Assembly (NCBI GenBank): GCA_902385625.1 | Contig: CABMGE010000019.1 | Span: forward strand, 1,831-65,830 | Source of the DNA: an uncultured archaeon | Lineage (GTDB): Archaea > Nanobdellota > Nanobdellia > Pacearchaeales > GW2011-AR1 | Direction of reading: 5' to 3' | Length of the DNA: 64,000 nucleotides | In this document: piece after piece, positions 29,130 to 39,418 of the stretch | How positions within the stretch are numbered: position 1 is the stretch's first letter | How the letters are laid out: every line of letters begins with the position of its first letter | Notes under the pieces: model-generated | Told to the model about the DNA's origin: nothing | The model's database searches: none | What the model saw: the letters and a program-made list of their open reading frames with translations, nothing else | Program-made: the position numbers and the translations under genes

Positions 29130-30794
29130 TTAATTTAAACATCCCTTTACAAATCCATCAAATAGTGGGGCGGGTTTAAGAAGTGAACTTTTAAATTCAG
29201 GATGAGATTGTGTTGCAACAAAAAATTTATGATCCGGAAGTTCAATAAATTCAACAAGTCTTCCATCAGGACTAAGACCACTTAAAACAAGCCCGTTTTC
29301 TTGAAGTACTTTATGATAACCAGGATTAACTTCATATCTATGCCTATGCCTTTCATAAACCTCTAAAGGATTATGAAACTTTTTATCGCAGTTATTAAGT
29401 TCAACAGAACAATATAAGTTACCAACGCGGCTTTCAGGTTTTAAAATTGCAGCATAAGCTCCGAGCCTCATTGTTCCACCCTTACTATTAATATTTCTTT
29501 GTTCAGGTAAAATATCAATTACAGGATAAGGAGTAACAGGATTTATTTCAGTTGTATGGGCAGAAGAAAGACCGCATTTATTTCTTGCAAATTCAACAAC
29601 AGCAAGTTGCAAACCAAAACATAACCCTAAATAAGGAATATTATTTTCTCTTGCAAACTTTATTGCATAAATCTTCCCTTCAACACCGCTTCCACCAAAA
29701 CCTCCAGGAACAATAATCCCATTAAACATTTTTAATTTTTCAACACTGGATTTATCTTTTTCAAACTCCTTAGAATCAATCCATTCGAGTTCAAGTTTAA
29801 CATTGTTTGAAACTGCTGCATGTTTTAATGCCTCATTTACAGAGATATAAGAGTCTGTTAATTGATAATCTCCAATATCCAGATATTTGCCAACCATTGC
29901 AACCCTAATGACTCTTTCAGGAACTAAAATCCTTTTTACTGCTTCTTCCCAATCTCTCCAATCAGGCTCTTTTTTCTTCTCAAGTTTGAGTCTTTTTAGA
30001 ATTTTTTCACCAAGTTGTTCTTTTTCCAGGTCTAGTGGAATTACATAAATAGTATTTGCAGTTCCAGGACCAACTACATCAGGCATTGAAATAATATTTT
30101 CAGATTTAACATTTGCAGAAAGCTCAAGCTTGTTTTTTCTTATCTCATCAAGTCTCTTTTTACCTCTGCACAAAATAAAATCAGGTTGTATTCCATTCTC
30201 CCGGAGTAATTTAACAGCAAGTTGGGTAGGTTTTGATTTCATTTCTTCAATATGCGAAGGAATAGGCATATAAGTAACAAGAATGTAAGCAATATTTTCG
30301 CTTCCTATTTCATTTTCAAGGCTCTTCATAGCAAATAAAAAAGGTATATTTTCATAGTCTCCAACTGTTCCTCCAATCTCAATAAGAACAATATCTTTGC
30401 CCTCAGAAACTTTTTTTATCCGGGATTTTATCTCATTTGGAACATGTGGAATAAACTGAACTGTTTCTCCTAAAAAATCTCCTCTTCTTTCTTTTTCAAT
30501 AAGTGCGCGATAAACTTGTCCAGTTGTAATATTGTTTAGTTTAGATAAAGATTTTCCTAAAAATCTTTCATAATTTCCTAAATCCTGATCAATTTCACCT
30601 CCATCATCAGTAACCCAAACCTCCCCATGTTCAGTAGGCCTTAGAGTTCCTGCATCACAGTTGATATAAGGATCAATTTTAATAACATCAACTTCAAAAC
30701 CTCTCTCCTGCATCATTCTTGCAATTGATGCGGTAGTAACACCTTTTCCAACACCAGATATTACACCTCCGACAACAATTATGTACTTAGTCAT
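29130..30794 (-). CDS. pyrG: CTP synthase
   Basis: GGVISGVGKG, KIDPYIN, DLGNYERF, KSKPTQ, GLCFG, ERHRHRYE, SHPEF; strong SD GGAGGTTGAT. Confidence 0.97.
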   Translation of the reverse strand: MTKYIIVVGGVISGVGKGVTTASIARMMQERGFEVDVIKIDPYINCDAGTLRPTEHGEVWVTDDGGEIDQDLGNYERFLGKSLSKLNNITTGQVYRALIEKERRGDFLGETVQFIPHVPNEIKSRIKKVSEGKDIVLIEIGGTVGDYENIPFLFAMKSLENEIGSENIAYILVTYMPIPSHIEEMKSKPTQLAVKLLRENGIQPDFILCRGKKRLDEIRKNKLELSANVKSENIISMPDVVGPGTANTIYVIPLDLEKEQLGEKILKRLKLEKKKEPDWRDWEEAVKRILVPERVIRVAMVGKYLDIGDYQLTDSYISVNEALKHAAVSNNVKLELEWIDSKEFEKDKSSVEKLKMFNGIIVPGGFGGSGVEGKIYAIKFARENNIPYLGLCFGLQLAVVEFARNKCGLSSAHTTEINPVTPYPVIDILPEQRNINSKGGTMRLGAYAAILKPESRVGNLYCSVELNNCDKKFHNPLEVYERHRHRYEVNPGYHKVLQENGLVLSGLSPDGRLVEFIELPDHKFFVATQSHPEFKSSLLKPAPLFDGFVKGCLN

Positions 30795-30974
30795 ATCAAC
30801 CTCCTTAGTTTATTGTTTAAAATTAAAATAGATTATAAAGATTTAGATATAAAAGAATATAATTAAAAATCCTGTGCAAAAAGATTTAAAAACCTCTATG
30901 TCATGACCCTGCATAAACTTGCCAGTGGTAACTAAATAAAAAGATTTAAATATCCTAATTTCTAGAAAATAAAA

Positions 30975-31427
30975 ATGGGACTTGCACAAACAGTTACAGC
31001 AGAAACAAAGAATTATGCAGCAGCAGCTGGAACAGGAACAGGATTATTTGCTCTTCACGAGACAGCAAGAAAAATTTCTTCACTACCAAGTCTAAAAACT
31101 CAAGGATTAGAAAATATAGCTTATACTGTATCTAAATTTTTAACAGAAACAGGGCCAAATCCTGATTTAACACTTTACACAGTTTTAGCATTATCTGCAT
31201 TAGGGGGACATGTAAAAGGGGCAAGAGGTTACATAGCAGCAGCAACTGCAACTTCATTACCTTATATTGTAAATAGAATTGATTCAATTCCTTTTGTAAA
31301 CGATCAAGCGAATAGTTCCCATGGAGATTATTCAACTGGAACAATTCTTGGTTATGTTATAACAGGATTTTTAGTTGGAACAACAGCTAAATGGATAAAA
31401 GATAAAACAGTTGGAAAATCAAAGTAA
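30975..31427 (+). CDS. Hypothetical membrane protein
   Basis: Ala/Gly/Thr-rich hydrophobic segments. Confidence 0.55.
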   Translation: MGLAQTVTAETKNYAAAAGTGTGLFALHETARKISSLPSLKTQGLENIAYTVSKFLTETGPNPDLTLYTVLALSALGGHVKGARGYIAAATATSLPYIVNRIDSIPFVNDQANSSHGDYSTGTILGYVITGFLVGTTAKWIKDKTVGKSK

Positions 31428-31621
31428 TTTAGTATTGACTGTAAATTTTTGGCAATTTTGTTCTGTCCGAAATCGAGTTTCAGTTTATAGATAATCATTT
31501 TTATTCGAAATTCACTTTTGAATAAATGCAAAATTTATCTGGCTAAAATTGTACAATTTCAGACAAAAAAAGCAATTAAAAAGCTTTAAAAACCCAGACT
31601 ATCATTTATTAAGATAATAAA

Positions 31622-32005
31622 ATGGCATTTAAAATTAATGTATCAAGCAAAGGGAAAACTTACAAATTAGAATCAGAAAATGAAGTTTTAATTGGAAAGA
31701 AAATAGGAGAAACTCTTGAGGGATCTGATCTTTCCGAAGACTTAAAAGGTTATACATTAGAAATAACTGGTACAAGTGATATTTCAGGAATTCCAGGAAA
31801 AAAAGGACTTGAAGGAGCTACATATCATAGAAAATTATTAACTTTAGGATTTGGAATGAAAGATAGAAGAAAAGGAATGAGACTCAAAAAAACATTAAGA
31901 GGAGAAGAAATTTCCCCAAAAACAATTCAGATTAACACAATAGTAAAAAAAGAAGGATCAAAGAAATTCAGCGAACTTACAAAAAAAGAAGAAAAAGCTG
32001 AATAG
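31622..32005 (+). CDS. rps6e: 30S ribosomal protein eS6
   Basis: FKINVS, LIGKKIGE, LEITGTSDISG, KKTLRG. Confidence 0.92.
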   Translation: MAFKINVSSKGKTYKLESENEVLIGKKIGETLEGSDLSEDLKGYTLEITGTSDISGIPGKKGLEGATYHRKLLTLGFGMKDRRKGMRLKKTLRGEEISPKTIQINTIVKKEGSKKFSELTKKEEKAE

Positions 32006-32025
32006 TGGATTATAGAGAATATTTC

Positions 32026-32292
32026 TTAATTTTGATTTACAGATAAATAATCAGGATAATAACAACTGCACATAAGTCTAACTGCAACTCGCTTAAGATA
32101 AGGAAATTCTATATCATTAGTTTTCGCGTAAATTTCTGGAAAATAAGAACTAATTATATCCTGAAAAATCTTTTTTTCAAAAACACCCGGTTTAAAGCAT
32201 TCAGGCCATTTTCCATTAAACCTTGCTCCAAGAAATTCATATTGAGTTTTCTTGTGAGAATCAGCACTAATTTCTTCAGCACATTGACACAT
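32026..32292 (-). CDS. Small Cys-containing hypothetical protein
   Basis: 88 aa with CQC, C and CSC cysteines. Confidence 0.45.
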   Translation of the reverse strand: MCQCAEEISADSHKKTQYEFLGARFNGKWPECFKPGVFEKKIFQDIISSYFPEIYAKTNDIEFPYLKRVAVRLMCSCYYPDYLSVNQN

Positions 32293-32295
32293 ATA

Positions 32296-32418
32296 TTAAA
32301 ACAATTTTCTCCTTAAATAAACTGCAGAATTTCCACTTCCTGCCTTCTCTCTTCTGGCACGGTTTACTTCAAGTAACAACTCTTCACTAACATCATCCAG
32401 ATCTTCATTAGTCATCAT
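32296..32418 (-). CDS. 40-aa hypothetical microprotein
   Basis: 3' part of track ORF 32296..32532, starting at ATG 32418 (MMTNEDLDD...). Confidence 0.35.
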   Translation of the reverse strand: MMTNEDLDDVSEELLLEVNRARREKAGSGNSAVYLRRKLF

Positions 32419-32431
32419 AGATAGATAAGAT

Positions 32432-32560
32432 TTATCTTTTCTTGCTTTTATCTCGACCTTTAGTACAACTAGGGCAACTGACTCCCCATTCTGCCATATC
32501 ATATTTCTTAAAACAAACATGACATTGTGCATAAATTGGTTTTGAAATTTTTGTTTGCAT
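32432..32560 (-). CDS. 42-aa zinc-ribbon microprotein, not in the ORF track
   Basis: Translated by hand: MQTKISKPIYAQCHVCFKKYDMAEWGVSCPSCTKGRDKSKKR (CxxC-x12-CxxC). Confidence 0.6.
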   Translation of the reverse strand: MQTKISKPIYAQCHVCFKKYDMAEWGVSCPSCTKGRDKSKKR

Positions 32561-32639
32561 AATACATACTGTCCTTATTATTTAATTTATAATTAATCTC
32601 AGAACTCTTTATTATGCCAAGAATAAGTAGTTTAAAAAC

Positions 32640-33278
32640 CTATCTCTTTTTTCTGTTTCTTAAAAATTCAATAAAAATAGGTATAAGTGAAATTACAATA
32701 ATTGACATAATTACAAGAGTTAAATTCTCCTGAACAACAGGAATCTTACCAAAATAATAACCTGCAAATGTAAACAGACTTACCCATAAAAGCCCCCCAA
32801 GTAAGTTAAAACTCAAAAACCTTTTGTACTCCATTTTTCCAATACCTGCAACAAATGGTGCAAAAGTTCGAACAATTGGAACAAATCTCGCGAGAATTAT
32901 CGTCTTTCCACCATGTTTTTTATAAAATCCTTTTGTCTTTTCTAAATGCTCCTTTTTAAAAAATCTATTTCCAGAAAATAGTTTTTCCCCAAAATAACTT
33001 CCAATTAAGTAATTAACACTATCACCTAAAACTGCTGCAAAAAGAAAAACAAAGAAAACAATAAAGATATTAAGATAACCACTTGAAGCAAATGCTCCAG
33101 TTATAAAAAGAAGAGAGTCTCCTGGAAGAAACGGAGTTATGACAAGTCCAGTTTCTAAAAAAATTACTAAAAATAAGATAAAATAAGATAAAACGCCATA
33201 ATTCTGAATAATTTGTCCTACATATCTATCTACGTGCAAAATGAAATCCACCGGACTTGTAAAAATTTGTGATAGCAT
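32640..33278 (-). CDS. DedA/VTT family membrane protein
   Basis: FLETGL..PFLPGDSLLF, GDSVNYLIG, ARFVPIVRTFAPFVAG. Confidence 0.93.
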   Translation of the reverse strand: MLSQIFTSPVDFILHVDRYVGQIIQNYGVLSYFILFLVIFLETGLVITPFLPGDSLLFITGAFASSGYLNIFIVFFVFLFAAVLGDSVNYLIGSYFGEKLFSGNRFFKKEHLEKTKGFYKKHGGKTIILARFVPIVRTFAPFVAGIGKMEYKRFLSFNLLGGLLWVSLFTFAGYYFGKIPVVQENLTLVIMSIIVISLIPIFIEFLRNRKKR

Positions 33279-33391
33279 ATTAACTCTCTTTATAATTTTA
33301 CAAAGATTTGACAGTTTATAAGTTATTCTCTGTTTTCATCTTAAAACCACCACATTTAAAAATTATTAATCTATAGAATAAATATAAAAAG

Positions 33392-34321
33392 ATGGTGCAA
33401 AATAAAAAGGCAGAAGGCCCAATGGGAATGTCATTTTCAATGATATTTTCAATTATTCTAATAATATTTTTTGTAATAGTTGCATTTATGGCAATAAGAT
33501 ATTTTCTAAAACTTCAGGCATGTACCCAAATAGGGGATTTTGTCGGAGAATTTCAGACAAAAACAACAGAAGCGTGGAACTCCCAAAAAGCAGATTATGA
33601 ACTAAAAAAAGTACTTCCATCAGGAATAGAATATGTATGTTTTGCAGACCTATCAGATAATTTAAGAGGAGAGAATAGAAGAATTTTAGATGAACTGGAA
33701 TTTTTTCAAGGAGGAGTAGACGCGAACATGTTTTTTTATCCAAAAGAAAAAGCCTGTGAAATGCCTGCTCAAAAAATAAAGCACTTAGATATGGCAAAAT
33801 TAACAAAATCAAAAAACCCTTACTGTATTGAAGTTGTCAATGGAAAAGTTGATATAAAAATTCAAAAAGATTTTCTTGATGAGTTAGTTACAATTTCATG
33901 CGTAGTTGGAAATTGTACTCCTATAAATCTCAATACCAATCTGACATTTTATTCAAGACCTGTAAAAAAAACTGATCCAAAAAAAGAAAACTATTCGGTA
34001 AATCCAGAAAAAGAAGTTGAAGAAAAAAATACTTCATTTAATGCAGTTGAATTTTGTAAACTGATAAATGATAGTGAAGAAAGCAGAATCTGTACAAAAG
34101 CAGTTGAAGAACAAACCTCTAGCAGTTATACGGGTTCAGCAAATGACCGTTGTAATAGCATTGAAAACCCTGCATCAAAAAATCTTTGCTATTACGCAAC
34201 AAAAAACCAATATGAAACCCTAAACAACAGAGGTTCACAAAGAGATCTTTCACTTTGCGAACAGTTTAATGGAGATCAAGTACAAAAAGATCTTTGTATC
34301 AGACATATAAATGCTGCTTAA
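33392..34321 (+). CDS. Surface protein with class III (pilin-like) signal peptide and Cys-rich C-terminus
   Basis: KKA|EG followed by a long hydrophobic helix; C-x(9-10)-C repeats near the C-terminus. Confidence 0.6.
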   Translation: MVQNKKAEGPMGMSFSMIFSIILIIFFVIVAFMAIRYFLKLQACTQIGDFVGEFQTKTTEAWNSQKADYELKKVLPSGIEYVCFADLSDNLRGENRRILDELEFFQGGVDANMFFYPKEKACEMPAQKIKHLDMAKLTKSKNPYCIEVVNGKVDIKIQKDFLDELVTISCVVGNCTPINLNTNLTFYSRPVKKTDPKKENYSVNPEKEVEEKNTSFNAVEFCKLINDSEESRICTKAVEEQTSSSYTGSANDRCNSIENPASKNLCYYATKNQYETLNNRGSQRDLSLCEQFNGDQVQKDLCIRHINAA

Positions 34322-34418
34322 GAAAAAAAGATCAATCAGAAATATTTGTTAAAAACTCGACACTAAAAGTTCGAAGTTAAGTATATAGATTTTTAAACCC
34401 TATGTCTTTCTAATATTT

Positions 34419-35603
34419 ATGGTTAAAACAGCTAATTCAAAAGAAGATATAGAAGGAATTGAAATGATTAATATTGGAATGGTAGGTCATATTGATCATG
34501 GAAAAACAACTCTTCTTTATAAAATAACAGGAAAATTTGCAGACACTCATTCAGAAGAACTAAAAAGAGGAATAACAATAAAACTGGGTTATGCAGATAC
34601 AGTAATTGAAAAAGCAGGTAAAAAAAGATATGTGAGTTTTGTTGATTGCCCAGGTCATGAAATGTTAATGGCAACAATGCTTTCGGGAGCAGCTTTAATT
34701 GATGCTGCAATTCTTGTAATTGCTGCAAATGAAGGAATAAAACCTCAAACCAAAGAACACTTGGTAGCACTCCAAGCTAAAAAAATAAATAAAATAATTA
34801 TTCTCCAAAACAAAATAGACCTAATTACAAAAGAACAAGCACTTGAGTCTTATAAAAAAATAAAAGAATTTGTAAAAGGAACAATTGCAGAAAATGCTCC
34901 GATTATTCCTGTTTCAGCTCAACAAGATATTAACATTGAAAAAATAAAAGAAATGTTACTTGAAATAGAAATTCCAAAAAGAGACATAAGTTCAAAACCA
35001 GAATTCTTAATCGCAAGAAGTTTTGATATAAATCGTCCAGGAACAAAAATCGAGAGTCTACATGGAGGAGTAATCGCAGGAATACTTAAAAAAGGAAAAT
35101 TAAAAGTAGGAGATGAAATTGAAATAAAACCAGGAATAATGGAAAAACAAGCAAATCAATTTTTTTATAAACCAATAAAAACAAAAATCGTCTCAATATA
35201 CAGGGGAACTCATCAGATAAATGAAGCAACACCAGGAGGAAGTCTTGCTTTTGAAACAGAACTTGATAATATTTTAACAAGAGCAGATTCATTATCCGGA
35301 TGTATTGCATCAATTCCAGGAGGACTTCCAGAAATTTCAAACAGTCTTAAACTAAAATATAGTCTATTTCCAGAAGTTTTGGGAACCAGTGAAAAAATAA
35401 AAACAGAAGATCTTAAACTAAGTGAAATGATAATGCTTTCAATTAACACAACTACAACAGTTGGAAAAATAACAAAAATAAGAAATTCTGAAGCAGAGTT
35501 TACCCTAAAAATACCAGTTGTTCCAATAAAAGGAGACACCATTGGAATTGCAAGAAACATTGCAAATCACTGGAGACTTATAGGTTTTGGAGAAATATTG
35601 TGA
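34419..35603 (+). CDS. eif2g: Translation initiation factor aIF-2 gamma subunit
   Basis: NIGMVGHIDHGKTT, HSEELKRGITIKLGY, VDCPGHE, QNKID, HWRLIG. Confidence 0.96.
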   Translation: MVKTANSKEDIEGIEMINIGMVGHIDHGKTTLLYKITGKFADTHSEELKRGITIKLGYADTVIEKAGKKRYVSFVDCPGHEMLMATMLSGAALIDAAILVIAANEGIKPQTKEHLVALQAKKINKIIILQNKIDLITKEQALESYKKIKEFVKGTIAENAPIIPVSAQQDINIEKIKEMLLEIEIPKRDISSKPEFLIARSFDINRPGTKIESLHGGVIAGILKKGKLKVGDEIEIKPGIMEKQANQFFYKPIKTKIVSIYRGTHQINEATPGGSLAFETELDNILTRADSLSGCIASIPGGLPEISNSLKLKYSLFPEVLGTSEKIKTEDLKLSEMIMLSINTTTTVGKITKIRNSEAEFTLKIPVVPIKGDTIGIARNIANHWRLIGFGEIL

Positions 35604-35672
35604 TTAAGAAAATATAAAAATAATTAATCGCGATATTGAGAAGAGATTTTGTAATTCTACATTTCATAACTA

Positions 35673-35948
35673 TTATAAAAATTCTTCATTACAAATATCT
35701 CCACCAAGATATCTCAAATTTCTTGCTTTAAACTCATAAACATAATAAATTGTTATTGAAGAGTCGCTTGCACATTTAACTGCCTCTTGTGTCTTTCCAA
35801 TTGCGATTTTCAATGCTTCTTCAGAATCCTCATAAGTCCCTTCAATAAAATCATCTCCGCTAAACTTGTCTACACCAATGACAATGTATTTTCCATCAAC
35901 ATCTTTCCCATTTTCAATTGCTTCATTGATAAGAACTGTTAAGGACAT
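35673..35948 (-). CDS. Hypothetical protein
   Basis: 91 aa; start overlaps the stop of the PHP gene. Confidence 0.5.
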   Translation of the reverse strand: MSLTVLINEAIENGKDVDGKYIVIGVDKFSGDDFIEGTYEDSEEALKIAIGKTQEAVKCASDSSITIYYVYEFKARNLRYLGGDICNEEFL

Positions 35949-36841
35949 TTCAATACCTCTTCAAGTTTAATTGAAGGAATCTTAACATATCCCTGGTTAA
36001 GTAATTCTTCAAGTTCAGGACTTAATATATTCTCATCCATTCCAAGTATTTTTCTGTCAAATGTAGGCCCATGATAATCAGAACCATAACTTATAGGAAG
36101 GGAATTGCCTTCTGCAAATTTTCTAAATAATGCATAGTTAAATTTGTCAACAAATTTAGGTTGTTCCTCAAGTCCGTCTATTCCTTTGGCAAATAATTCC
36201 TCTGCTTCAGTTATATCTTTTGCATCTTTTGGAGGATGAGCCCAGATTATAACTCCTCCTGCATTATGAGTTTCATTCACTGCATCAGTTACTTCAACTC
36301 CAACATCTTCCAGACCATCAACTAAACCGCCCTTGCTAAAATAAGTTCGAAATCTTTCAAGTGGACTTTGTTCTGGAAACTCCCTTTCCATGATCTCTCT
36401 GCATCCAGGATTTTTCATCATTGCAGCAAATATATTATATTTTGCAAGTCTTGAATTTGGGAATTCTTTTAAAACTTCATCAAATGTTATTGGAAACCCA
36501 TATTCCCGAATTAAATTTATTCTTTCCTTGCATTTATTATTCTGAATATTCTTTGAATATGCTAAAAAGTCTTGGAACTTTTTATTGCCCGGATCAAAAT
36601 TAAGACCAAGCAAATGATATTTAGGAGTAGTTATTTCAACTCCCGGAATAAGAGTTATCCCGAGCTTGTCTGCTTCAGTTTTTGCTTCATAGTAACCTGC
36701 AGTATTATCATGGTCGGTTACTGCGAATATATTAATTCCCTTGAGTGCAGCAAGAGCCACATTTTCTCTTGGCTGGACATAAAGTCCATCAGAGTAATTA
36801 GTATGGGAATGCAGGTCAATGTATCTTTTTGTGTCTTTCAT
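35939..36841 (-). CDS. PHP domain phosphoesterase (TrpH/YciV-like)
   Basis: DLHSHTNYSDG, AVTDHD, PGVEI, AHP, GSDYHG; start ATG 36841. Confidence 0.9.
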   Translation of the reverse strand: MKDTKRYIDLHSHTNYSDGLYVQPRENVALAALKGINIFAVTDHDNTAGYYEAKTEADKLGITLIPGVEITTPKYHLLGLNFDPGNKKFQDFLAYSKNIQNNKCKERINLIREYGFPITFDEVLKEFPNSRLAKYNIFAAMMKNPGCREIMEREFPEQSPLERFRTYFSKGGLVDGLEDVGVEVTDAVNETHNAGGVIIWAHPPKDAKDITEAEELFAKGIDGLEEQPKFVDKFNYALFRKFAEGNSLPISYGSDYHGPTFDRKILGMDENILSPELEELLNQGYVKIPSIKLEEVLKCP

Positions 36842-36943
36842 ACTGTAAGTAATCAAAAGAAACATTTATATATTTCCTATATAATTTATATAAATAATAT
36901 AAAAAGCTTAATTTATTTAAGACAAAATAATCCTACAAGTAAA

Positions 36944-37846
36944 ATGAAAAGAAAAGTAATAAAACAAGCAAGTCAGGCATATACAATAACTCTTCCAATA
37001 GAATGGGTAAGACAAAACAATATTTCAAAGGACTCTGAACTGGATATAAATATTTCAGAAAAATCCCTGATAATAACAAACTTTGGCCAAATAGAACATA
37101 AAAGAATAAAACTTAATGTAGAAGGCCTAAATGACAGAAATATATCCAGAATAATAAAAGCATTATACGCAAATGGAGTAGATGAAATTGAACTTGAATC
37201 AAATGAAAACATATCTTCATCAATAATAAAACACCTTCATGATGTTATTGGATATGCACTTGTTTCTCAAAAAGATAACAAATTTATAATAAAAGATTTA
37301 GGAAGTGCAAACTATTCTGACCTTGATGAAATATTTAAAAGAGTCTTTCAGATGATACTTTCTTTTTATGAATCTGCAATAGAGGATATTTTCGGAAAAG
37401 AAAAAGAAACCTTGGACACTCTAATTGCAAGAGATCTTGAAATAAACAAATTCTCACTATATCTTCAAAGAGCAATTAATAAAATGTCTTATCATGATCC
37501 AATTAAAGGAAGAATACTCTTTACTTATTCATTTGAAATTGAAAAAATAGGAGATGAAATACAAAGATTATGGAGAACAAACATAAAGTATAAGGTAAAA
37601 AAATCAAAAGAACTAAAGAAATTAACAGAACAATCAAAAGAAGGACTTGAAAAAGCATTTGAGTTTTATTATCAGTTCAATACAAAAAAATCAGAAGAAA
37701 TAACCCTGCTGAGAGACAAAGTAAGGGAGTCTTCAATGAATCTTTCAGCAGACAAGTTTACAACAAGATTTATCAGGCACATTGTAAAGATAATTGAAGA
37801 AGCAGCAGATCTTTCTCATCTGACTTTAATGATAAAACTAGAATAA
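36944..37846 (+). CDS. AbrB/MazE-domain PhoU-family transcriptional regulator
   Basis: MKRKVIKQ...YTITLPIEW (AbrB-like) followed by PhoU helical repeats; start reassigned from 36572. Confidence 0.8.
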   Translation: MKRKVIKQASQAYTITLPIEWVRQNNISKDSELDINISEKSLIITNFGQIEHKRIKLNVEGLNDRNISRIIKALYANGVDEIELESNENISSSIIKHLHDVIGYALVSQKDNKFIIKDLGSANYSDLDEIFKRVFQMILSFYESAIEDIFGKEKETLDTLIARDLEINKFSLYLQRAINKMSYHDPIKGRILFTYSFEIEKIGDEIQRLWRTNIKYKVKKSKELKKLTEQSKEGLEKAFEFYYQFNTKKSEEITLLRDKVRESSMNLSADKFTTRFIRHIVKIIEEAADLSHLTLMIKLE

Positions 37847-37892
37847 GATAATCTCCTTTGCAGATGACTTCGAGTGCTTTAGCAAAGTTAGT

Positions 37893-37955
37893 TATTTTTG
37901 CCAAGAGTGAATCTTGTTAAAACCCATTTTAGCCGAATTTACTTCAAATAAAATA
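37893..37955. repeat. Two divergent copies of the dispersed repeat in a convergent gene gap
   Basis: Minus copy AAGATTCACTCTTGGCAAAAATA (37893-37915); plus copy TAGCCGAATTTACTTCAAATAAAATA (37930-37955, 23/26 identical to 2006). Confidence 0.75.
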
Positions 37956-37967
37956 AGATATTGTTAA

Positions 37968-38318
37968 CTAATCAAAAGTTTTGGCATTTCTTTCTATTCC
38001 AAAAAAATCTTCAAGAAGTTTTAATTCATGACGAAATTTCATTGCTCCAAGTGTGAAAAATATAGATCCAAAAAAGAAGATATAAGGTTCTATAATATAA
38101 CTCTCTGGAGAAGTGGTAGAAATTGTTAAAAGCGCTTTAATGCTTAATACAAAACCTAGAATTGCAAACCAAAAAGTGGAAATAACAACAAGTATTAAGG
38201 CCCTCTTCATAGCACCCTTAAATTTATCAACTGCAGAAGAAATATAAAAAGCTCCAAGTAAAAGAATAAGCGCACTAATAAGTCCTGCTGCCCAGTTAAG
38301 GATTAAAAAATTTACCAT
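37968..38318 (-). CDS. Hypothetical membrane protein
   Basis: Three hydrophobic helices. Confidence 0.55.
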   Translation of the reverse strand: MVNFLILNWAAGLISALILLLGAFYISSAVDKFKGAMKRALILVVISTFWFAILGFVLSIKALLTISTTSPESYIIEPYIFFFGSIFFTLGAMKFRHELKLLEDFFGIERNAKTFD

Positions 38319-38366
38319 CTCTTTTCAATACAAAAACAAAGAATATAATATATTTAAATTGTTTGT

Positions 38367-38861
38367 TTAGTTTCCCAAAAACAAAGCTTCAAGTTCTTTA
38401 AGTCCAACATAAGGAGAATGAGGTGCTGCATCACGAGTTACATAACTAATCTGATTATTATCCCCATAGTTAACCTTTAATTCAATAGCCTCAGTTTTTT
38501 CAGGAACATTAAGTTTAAATTTTTCTCCAACCTTTTGAAATTTATAACCTGTTATTTTTTCAATAAGAGTTCTAACTTTGAAGTCTGAAATCTGTTTAAC
38601 CGCAACATGAGATTTAGAATCATTTGGATCAATATTGTTTCTTGTAACTTTGCCAGATTCATAAATTACAATTCTATAGCCCTTTGAAGTTTCTGAACTA
38701 GATCTAACATACTCCAGTATAACAGGGTCTGGCTTTGGAGCACTTGCCTGTTGTCGACTCAAAGCATCTGCTCTGATATCTGCATCTAATTGAGAAGCTC
38801 CAGCAGCAGTTCTCGCTTGTCTGAATCTTTCAAACGAATCTTCACTTGTATACTTTGCCAT
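38367..38861 (-). CDS. Hypothetical protein
   Basis: Track ORF 38367..38891; likely start ATG 38861. Confidence 0.55.
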   Translation of the reverse strand: MAKYTSEDSFERFRQARTAAGASQLDADIRADALSRQQASAPKPDPVILEYVRSSSETSKGYRIVIYESGKVTRNNIDPNDSKSHVAVKQISDFKVRTLIEKITGYKFQKVGEKFKLNVPEKTEAIELKVNYGDNNQISYVTRDAAPHSPYVGLKELEALFLGN

Positions 38862-38919
38862 TTTATTTTCTTCACCAGAATTCTCCCGCACAGGTCATTT
38901 TATTAAATATAAAGGGTTT

Positions 38920-39219
38920 TTAAAGATTTCTTAAAGTGCCTCTTCTCCAAATTTCACGATCAATCATATGAAGTATAAGCCCGGTTTTAGTCCTTGCGTT
39001 TTCAAAATCAGGATGAGTAGTATTGTTACAAGTAAGCTCAAGATATTCCTCGTTTTGAGAATTAAGCATTTCCAAAAAATCATTGAAAAAATCATACTCC
39101 CAAAAAAGATAATCCGGAGAATAAGAATGTATATTATTATGATAATTAATTAGTTCATAATCTAAGCTATCTGCGGAAGTTCTAAACTGTCCTTCTAAAC
39201 CTAAGACTTTACCATTCAT
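38920..39219 (-). CDS. Hypothetical protein
   Basis: 99-aa ORF. Confidence 0.5.
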   Translation of the reverse strand: MNGKVLGLEGQFRTSADSLDYELINYHNNIHSYSPDYLFWEYDFFNDFLEMLNSQNEEYLELTCNNTTHPDFENARTKTGLILHMIDREIWRRGTLRNL

Positions 39220-39418
39220 TAAAAAACCAAAATTTGATGTTTTAAATATCTTCTTATAATAAGGATCATAATGCCAATCAAGAGTTTTTTGTCATTCTTA
39301 ACTTTAATCGATTAAGGTCTTATTTTTATTTACCCCTAATTATTGATGAAGATGAAAAAATAAGAAATATTTTAAAGTTTAAAGGCGCAGACAAAGTAAT
39401 TTTTTGCAAAGCAAATTG

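Noticed and set aside
32419-32532. 5' half of track ORF 32296..32532
   Set aside because: It overlaps a more protein-like zinc-ribbon ORF in another frame (32432..32560), so the ORF was trimmed to ATG 32418.
36572-36943. 124-aa N-terminal extension of the PhoU-like ORF in the track
   Set aside because: It overlaps the PHP gene on the opposite strand and reads as antisense junk. Homology to AbrB-PhoU starts at MKRKVIKQ (36944).
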